The notes beneath the pieces were generated by a model. That model was not told the origin of the DNA, did no database searches, and saw nothing but the letters and a program-made list of their open reading frames with translations. Positions 55,928-64,000 of a stretch of DNA of 64,000 nucleotides are shown here, piece after piece. Numbering within the stretch: position 1 is the first letter of the stretch; every line of letters begins with the position of its first letter. The DNA comes from Paraspadella gotoi (lineage: Eukaryota > Animalia > Chaetognatha): assembly GCA_051294375.1 (NCBI GenBank), contig CM119263.1:29158079-29222078 (forward strand), read 5' to 3'. The position numbers and the translations under genes were made by a program.

Positions 55928-56669
55928 ACATGATTCATGTCCCCCATCTTGGTCGCTCCCGTTGCTCCTTTGGACCGGTTGGGTGGCCCCGGGACCTGAT
56001 CCGGAGAGACGGAGACTCGGCGACGACAACGACGACGACTACGACGACGACTACGACGACGACTACGACGACCCGGCCACCGAAGAGGCTGATCCGTCAA
56101 CGACATCGACCACCTCGCCGAATTCGAGCTTCTCTTGAAGGATGTGGGCGGAGCGATGGAGAGAGGGAGACAATGGAGGAGGAGGGGAAGGAGGAGGAAG
56201 AGGATGAGGAGGATGAGGAGGAAGAGGAGAAGGTTAAGGGCGGAAAAGGAGCACATGTATATTGTACTACAATAATTGTCGAGAGTTTAAAAACAAAACA
56301 GAAACAAAGAAACAAAAAAACAAGCGACTAAAGTTAAACTTGAGACGCCATGGGCGATTAAATCCAGTTGGCATAAATCACTGGCAAATCAGACATCATC
56401 TTTGAAAAATGCCACCCGCTCGCCAACACAATGGGATTCACGTTAGAACACCCTGTAAATCAATGGAGGAAGAGAGATTTCAGGAAAAAACAAATTAAAT
56501 TATATTTTTGTAAAAAAAATGTTTAATTTTAATAACTATTTTCAGTTAAATGTAATTAATCAAAAATTGATATGAATTTTTAAATTTTGGGGGGGATTTA
56601 AAGTAAAAACTATCATTAAGTATAAATTTCAGTATATTCGCAGAGAATGGATTATCAAGTAGCTACTCA

Positions 56670-56766
56670 TACTCAATACTCAATACTCAATACTCAATAC
56701 TCAATACTCAATACTCAATACTCAAGACTCAAGACTCAAGACTCAATACTCGATATTCAATACTCA
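56670..56766. repeat. 7-bp tandem repeat (TACTCAA/GACTCAA)n
   Basis: Direct repeats visible in the sequence. Confidence 0.9.
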
Positions 56767-56816
56767 TCCTATAAAACTGAATCAAACAATATCGTCCGCT
56801 TTTTTAAAGAAGGAAA

Positions 56817-57071
56817 TGTGGCAGCAAGACTTTTAAGCTGCCTCACTGCTGTCCGTCCTCAGCCTCGTCTCAATGGCTGAGCAGGCTAAATCATCTCATT
56901 CCATCCGTGCGTCCCGGGTTCAATCCCTGGGTATCCCGTTCTGGCTTAAATGTGACGGTGCCGGAAAAACTGCCAGTGACAGGAGGCGGTCACTGAGGGT
57001 CCGCAGCCCCCTACGCCAGTTGGTGAGATCCCGCGCCCCGGGTATCACAGGCTATCCTCCCCGTTGCCATA
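56817..57071 (+). mobile_element. 255-bp structured element, divergent subfamily copy 3
   Basis: TGTGGC...GCCATA termini; 4-bp TSD GAAA; A box TGGCTGAGCAGG (56874); T-arm/B box CCGGG-TTCAATC-CCTGG (~56914-56930); 3' half alignable with copies 1/2. Confidence 0.8.
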
Positions 57072-57523
57072 GAAACTCTACCTGAAAATTTTTTAGTTAA
57101 CATTTAGATATTTAAAAACAGTTTTTGAAAACTTATTACAAAAACTTTACCCAAAGTAAGTAAAAGAAAAGAAATTAAAATATATAATTATGTTATATAT
57201 ATAATTATAAATTATACATATATATATATTTAGAGAATAATTGTAAAATATTAATGAAGTTAATGGGAAAAGATTTTGTCGAAAGAGTTTCTTCCTCACA
57301 ACTAAATTCCATCAAATTTCTCTCCGTGCAGGTAATCTCTACTCCCCCCCAATCGAAAAAGGAATAAATTTCTTTTCTCGATTTCGATGGAAAAATCAAA
57401 ACTGAATTCGACGCCGATAAATTTTGGGGGAGAAAAGACAAGAAGGAATAAATCGTGGAAAGGGGGTCATAAATTAAGCTTACAAAGCATGACGGGCGAC
57501 TCTGACGGGAGATGTCACATTCT

Positions 57524-57616
<93 letters not shown>

Positions 57617-57742
57617 GTCGTGACGTTGGGACGGTTCAGTTTCGGCCTTCGGGCGAACGTCATCAATCATAATCTTTTACTGGGAGAATTTTTTTGGAAG
57701 CATTAATGAGGATCGAATTTAAGGAGAGAGAGAGAGGAGAGA

Positions 57743-57810
<68 letters not shown>

Positions 57811-58086
57811 GTATCTGTTAAGATTTACTAGATTCATTTTTTCTCGATGGCTGATGCCACCAAATCTTTGTCTTTTCCTTTCTTCTTTTTCTTTTTTTCT
57901 TGTCGGTGCGGGTCCGGGTTGCCAATTAAGTTTTTCCTCATTGTTTTTATTTCTCTTTGAGGATTAAGTTATTATTTCACTCCTCCTTTTTTTATTAATA
58001 ATTTAGATAGATGTTTTTTTTTCGTATTTTAATTTTCGTTTTAAAACTAGATATGGGACGAGCTTAGATAGGAAAAGATGTTGCTT

Positions 58087-58190
58087 GATAAGATAAGATA
58101 AGATAAGATAAGATAAGATAAGATAAGATAAGATAAGATAAGATAAGATAAGATAAATTAAGATAAGACATTTAGGATTAGATAAGATAA
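58087..58190. repeat. (GATAA)n pentanucleotide repeat
   Basis: Direct repeats. Confidence 0.95.
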
Positions 58191-59129
58191 TATTTTAATT
58201 GTACCATTGTCTCATGTGTTCATTTGTTTAGATGTTCGCTTGTCTCCTTTTCTTTCTTCTCGGCTCGTCTTAAGAAACGCCCCGCTGCAGCTGACAAAAG
58301 ATCCTTCATACGAAGAGATGATATAAAACACGAAATCATGAAAACCTTGACAACAGAGCCAAGCTCAATTAGCTAACGCGCGCTGAGAGAGAGAAAAACT
58401 TGCACCTTGGTACAAACCGATTTCTCTAGGTATTTGATCATAGTCATCATCATTAAAACTCATATTTTAACCAAATATTTTTTTCACAAAAACTCAGAAG
58501 TTCAAAGAGGAGGTTTCCTCTTCATCGTCTTCTCACTCGACCTCTTCATCGTCTTCTTCTCCCAAATTCCTACCCTGTTTATCTTTTTCTTCTTCTGCTT
58601 CCCCTGATTCTTTTTTTTTCACTTTTCATTTCTCCTTTTCTTCATCTTTCCTCTTTCATTTCTCATTTTCCTTTTTCTACTTTTTCCTTTTCTTTCTACT
58701 TTTCTCTTTCGTTCTCTTCCTCCCTCCACCTACTTCTCCCATCTTCCTCTACCTCCCCCACCCCTTCCCCTCACCCGCTCCAAAATGTCTTCCATCGCCG
58801 GCGCCCCCTTGTTGTCGTCGACGGAAGCGTTTGTATGGACGCGTTTGGACGCGTTCGTCGCGGCCCGCGTCCTAAATGTCCGAATCGCCGTCGCTACGTC
58901 GTCGCCGTCGCCGGTCGCGTCTCGATCTCTCGGTCGTCCGCCATGAGTCGCGCGGTCGCTCCCAGCCTCGACGCCGCGCCGCAGCGCAGCCACGCCACGC
59001 AGACTGGAAACCGCAGCTAGCAAGCCGGTGCTTAGGGCCCGCGGCTATGCACGATGCCGACTTCTCAGTGCCCAGAGGCCCGCTCCGGCGCTGGCACGAC
59101 CGCCGACGCTCGCGCCGAGATCAACAGGG

Positions 59130-62100
59130 ATGGCGTCGCGAAGGTAGAGGGCGTTGGATTTAGTCTCTCTCGGGCACTCTTTTCCGAGAGTGCCCCACTT
59201 TTATGTTCGTTATTTTCTGAATTTATTTTTGAATTCCAAACTAAACCTTAACCTAAATCCCTAACTCAAGCCTATAACCTAAACTTAAAAAAATTAACCT
59301 AATTCCAAAAAGGACCAAATTGCAGATAAAAAGGGTCGTTTTAGGAAAATAAGGCTCGATAAAGCCGACCCGATCCCCTAGTTTTCTCTCTTCCTCAGAT
59401 CGAAAGGCAAAGACGCCGTAGATCGAGCGGGTCGTCAAGAAGAGAGGAGGAGGAGGAGGAGGAGGGGGAGGGAGGAAGAGGAAGAGGAGACGAGGAGGAG
59501 GAAGATGGAGAATTTGGAGGCGGCGGCGAAGAAGCTGTTGGCCGCGGATCAAGGTGAGGTGGGAAGGGGAAGGAGATATGACAAAACAAAAAGGTAAGAA
59601 AAAAACAAAACAGAACTAAATAAAAATCAATACAAAACTGAACCAAACAAAAATTAATAAGACAAAAATTAAATAAACAAAACAAATATAAAACATTACA
59701 AACAAAAAAAAACGAGAAGAAATACAAAAAAAACAACAAAACAAACTAAAAAAACAATCAAACAAACAAAAAAACCCCAAAACTAAAACAAAATAAATTA
59801 AACAAAAAAAAGAAAAGAAAAACAACAAACAAAACAAACAAAACAAACAAACAAAACAAAACAAACCAAACAAAAAACCCAAAAGCTAAAACAAAACAGA
59901 AAACTAGAAACAAAAGCCTCTCTCGACTCCCCCCCCCACCCAACCACCCTTCAAGAGTCTGCCGAGGCGAAGCTTCTCTCTCGAGCATCCAAAGTCGTCG
60001 AACACAAACCGGACGAAGTGATGCTGGTCAAACTCATTCACGTTCACCTGCAGACCATCGATCCCGTCGTCCAGTTCCTTAACTTGAAGGTTGTGCTCAT
60101 TTGTGAGACCGATCCCAGTTTACAGAACTGACAGTAAAGTGACAGAGTTGGCAGCACTGACAGTGACTGGTTCCTTTGTCCGACATTTCTTTGTCCTTTC
60201 ATTAAAGACAATTGATTTTCTTAAATCGTATTTCTTTCTTTTCTTCGTTCGTTGTAGTCATTTATTTTTTTTTAATGCATTTTTATTTTTCTGTTTCAAT
60301 TTTAAACCCGTATAATTCTAATTGTGTCCCCAAATGTCTTTGTGAAAATCTTTTGAACTAAAATCATTCAATCAACTTTTCCCCGATTGGTCACAGGAAT
60401 TAAAGACTGAAAATTAACCTCAATTAACCTTAATTAATTTCAGTGAACATCAACCTTCGAAAAGAAAAGACTATTACATAATCCGAAAAAAATATATATA
60501 ACTAACTGATTTTAAACGCGACCTCTCACTTCTCTGACTCCTTACTCCTTACTTCTCACTTCTCACTTTTCACTTTTCACTTCTCTCTCTTCAGGTCTGC
60601 GTCTTGTCCAACAACTACCTGACCAACATCGACCCTCTCATCCTCAACTGTCCCCATCTCATCAAACTCGACGCCCACAGTAACCAGATCAAGTCTCTGC
60701 CCGACGCTCTCTTCTTTGCCCGACTCGTCCATCTCATCATGGTCAATCTCCATGACAACAGTTTCGCCAACTTTGAGATTTTGGTCAAACTCGGCTGCGC
60801 GCCCAATCTGCAGGTGGAGAAATGTTTGGGGACTTAGATGTTTAATGTACAAAATATATAAAATTCGTACAACATGATTTATATCAAGAGTCTCACAGTC
60901 TTGTTTATTAACTCTCTCTATGCAACAAGATTTTTTTTTTTCAATTTTGGAAAGAGTGCATCTTAAAATAAATCTCGATTTTTTTTTCATCAGCAAAAGC
61001 TTAAGTATGAGAACTTCAATTAGTGTGACACTATTTCTAAGTTAGCCTCGACATGGGCTAATCTGTTTAATGGTTATATTGTTAAAGTTGATTGTAGTGT
61101 CGTTCCAAAATATTTTTGTCCTTATTTATCTGATTTATAGCTATTGAAATCTGGGAAAATGAAATCTGAAAACCTGCTTATTTTTTATTTCAATTTATCC
61201 CTTATATTTGCCGGCAATCAAGGATTTATGACAATGTACATTGTACAATTTTGTACATATTTCTGGCAATATAATAATATAACTAGTAATTTAGCAACTT
61301 TCATCACAATTTCTTGCACTCTCCCTCTCTCTCTCTTAGATCCTAACGATGTACGACACTCCCCTCTCGCTGAAGCACTACTACCGCCACCACGCGGTCA
61401 ACACAATCACGACGCTTCGTGCCTTCGATCGCCATCTGGTGAGCGACGAAGAAATCATCGAAGACGCCTCCTTTGGGCGGAAGTCGAGATTCAGGACGAT
61501 GGGCAAAGGTGATTAAGGGGTGGGTGAGGAAGGTAACGAAGATGGAAGAGGTGATTAAATGCCATCACCTCCTTAATCACCTCTCATCTCATCACGCGGT
61601 GATGGGTTAGAAAATTAAGAGGTGGGGGAGGAATGGCGAAATGTGGAGAAATTGAAATGAATAAGCACTAAGCAGAGGTGATTATAGGATGTTAAGCTAG
61701 GAAGGGAAAGGGAAGATAATTAATTAATCACAGTAATGTTTAATGTTTAATATTCATTCACTAATCACATCGTGTCCTCACAGGTTTGCGCGTGAACCTC
61801 TGTCCTCTCTTCGAACTATCGAATCCTTCACTCATTCACGAACTCTCAGTCGTGACGGAACTCTTAACCAAAATCGATTCACTCACCAAACACTTCAGTC
61901 CCGTCGTGATCGTGCAGCGCTGGGTCAGAGGTCACAATGCAAGGAAGAGGGTCACTGCATTGCTGGAGTTAAGGTCAGTCCTTAGAGAGATAAAAGGCGG
62001 GTCGCTGTATTAATGACAGCAGGCGAGTCACTGTATTGCTGAAGACTGGTAACGGGTAACTGCATTGCTGAACTTGAGGTCAAGGGTTGTATAGATGATA

Positions 62101-63614
62101 GACGCGTCACTGTTTTGCTGGAACTCAGGTCACAAAACCAGGAAAAAGAGGGCCCAGCGGAGCTTGATTTAACTTCTGATAGAGGTCACAATGCTAGAGC
62201 TCATGTCAGTAGTTGCAGCAGATGGATGCAGGTCTTTGCATTGGTGGCGTATACTCTTTAAACCCTCATCTTCGCTCCCAGCTTCCTTCATTCTCCAACC
62301 AATCAGCAAATAAATCATTTTTTTCATCCAATCAATCAACATATTAATCAAGACTCTGGGCGTCGATGACGATCCAACGTTGGTACCGCGCCCTCAAGGG
62401 ATGGAAACTTTTTATCGGTGCCGACTCTCAGTCTTTCGACGCCGCGCCGACGACGACGCCGGAACTCGGCGCCGGATACACGGGACTCAAGGTCAAGATG
62501 GCGGCGTTCGGTAAGTTGATAGTTTTGTCTTTACCAAAGGAAAAATTGGGGCAAATTGATGATATTTGTCCGTCGTTTTCTAATTCATTACGACCATTGG
62601 TCATTTATGTTTGGATGGGTGAATCTAGAGTTCGAAACCTTCTATACTAAATTTATTAAGCCATACCTTTATCTAATACGACAATATGCAAATGAGATCG
62701 TTCTCGTTTTTCAGGCTGTTTCGTCGACATGAAAAACCTTGTGACCCGAACTCAATTCGCATACAAAAGAGATGAACAGTGGCAGAGACACATCGCCAAG
62801 ATGTATCAGGTAAGCAGCGAGCTTTGCAAGCAACGACTCTCCTATTGATACTTTTATATTTCACAACTCAAAACTCAAACACTTTTTTTCTCCCGGATTT
62901 TCTCGTTGTTGTGATTTGGTAAAACGAAAAAAAGTAGTTTCGCGATGTTCATTTGTTGCTCCTTCGGTTTAGAGAAGATTTTGTCAAAATTGTCAAAAAA
63001 GAAATCGTCAAAGTTTGAATGCTTTTCTTTGTTTATTCCACGACGAGTGGATTAGTAAACCATGTTACAATTACTTTTCACGCATTTTACTGTCATCAAA
63101 ATGACAATGGATCATCTATAGTCCCTCCTTCAGACAAAACTTAACACGGGAAGATGGCACAAATAAATTAAACTTTTTTCGCCTTCCGCTGTTAAAATTG
63201 TTTATTTACATGTTTTAAATTGTTTACATCTATCTCTCGGGCGTGATTGTAAACTCCCCAACTTTCTTCATGAACGTCCCTTATTTTTTGTTGATTAAAT
63301 GCTAATTTAATATCATGTTTAATTTTAGTGTTTCGGGATTCGTTATTTCGAGACATGAATCGGCTTTTTCGTATCTTCGTTATACCCGATTTTTTAACTC
63401 GTTATCCCCGATCTCCCAGGATCCGACGATGCCTTTCTTCCTTCCGCCCAAAACCGTGGAAGAGACGAAGTCGAGGCTCAACTTGGACCGAGGAGAGGAG
63501 GAGGAGGAAGAGGAAGAAGAGGAGGAGAAGAAGGCGAGGAGGAGGTGGATTCGAGCGGGGAAGGAGATCGCGAGGAGACGAGCCTTCGTTGGGGTCGAGT
63601 TGGAGAGATTTAGG
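59130..63614 (+). CDS. LRRIQ3: Leucine-rich repeat and IQ domain-containing protein 3; 5' start uncertain, 3' continues beyond the window
   Basis: Exons ~59130-59143 (tentative), 59399-59553, 59956-60089, 60595-60813, 61340-61508, 61784-61973, 62353-62510, 62715-62809 and 63420-63614. Peptides VCVLSNNYLTNIDPL..C..LIKLDAHSNQIKSLP...LHDN, LTMYDTPLSLKHYYRHHAVNTITTLRAFDRHLVSDEEII and SPVVIVQRWVRG match remembered LRRIQ3 segments. Confidence 0.85.
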
Positions 63615-64000
63615 GTGAGGAGGAGGAGAGGGAGGAAGAGGGGGAGGAGAAGAGGTGAGAGGGTGGGGAGAGGGTGGGGAAAGTGAGGGATAGGGAGAAG
63701 AGGAAGAGGTGAGAAAGAAGGGAGGAAGTGTGGAAGAGAGAGAGGGAGAGGGGGAAGGAGAGGAGGAAGAGGTGAGAGGGAAGGGAGAGGGTTGGGAAAT
63801 GGGAGGAAGTGAGGAAGAGGGAGAGAGAGAGGAGGTGAGAGGGAAGGGAGGCGATGGGGAAAAGGAGGAATAAGGGTAAGAGGAAGGAGAAAGAAGGATG
63901 AGAAGAGGGGAGGTGAATGACGGGGAAGAAAAATAGACATGAATCGATATCTATCACAATCCTCCATTACCCTTCACCAACCATTCCCCACACAACTCGC

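Noticed and set aside
55930-56331. Protamine-like RRSRRRSRRR / poly-Thr ORFs
   Set aside because: Derived from an (ACG)n microsatellite and GA-rich runs; no supported gene structure.
58730-59130. GC-rich segment upstream of LRRIQ3 as a separate gene or longer first exon
   Set aside because: The frame that splices into LRRIQ3 has a stop at ~58944 and the other frames give no recognisable protein; left unresolved as probable 5' UTR.

Overview
Eukaryotic (bilaterian invertebrate, probably protostome) genomic DNA with spliceosomal GT-AG introns, AT-rich low-complexity non-coding DNA and one 100-N gap. I could reconstruct seven intron-containing gene models by hand, all with consistent splice phases: (1) a 20-exon, >1425-aa protein with 7 discoidin/F5-8 type C-like domains, 6 EGF repeats and a C-terminal chitin-binding CBM14 domain (+, 912-14871); (2) an RNF19-like RBR ligase with intact RING1-IBR but a decayed RING2 region (-); (3) a very long SOCS4/5-type protein (-); (4) a GDF8/11 (myostatin/myoglianin) ligand (-); (5) an unassigned ~906-aa mostly disordered protein preceded by a perfect RFX X-box (-); (6) a divergent Hand-like bHLH (-); (7) LRRIQ3 (+, runs off the window). 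The non-coding DNA holds a Penelope-type minimal hammerhead ribozyme in an inverted repeat, a hAT element with an 8-bp TSD, Tc1/mariner remnants, several satellites, and a family of exactly 255-bp TGT...ATA-bounded elements with 4-bp TSDs, internal tRNA-like A/B boxes and covarying hairpins. All assignments come from manual reading and remembered family motifs; no database searches were run.
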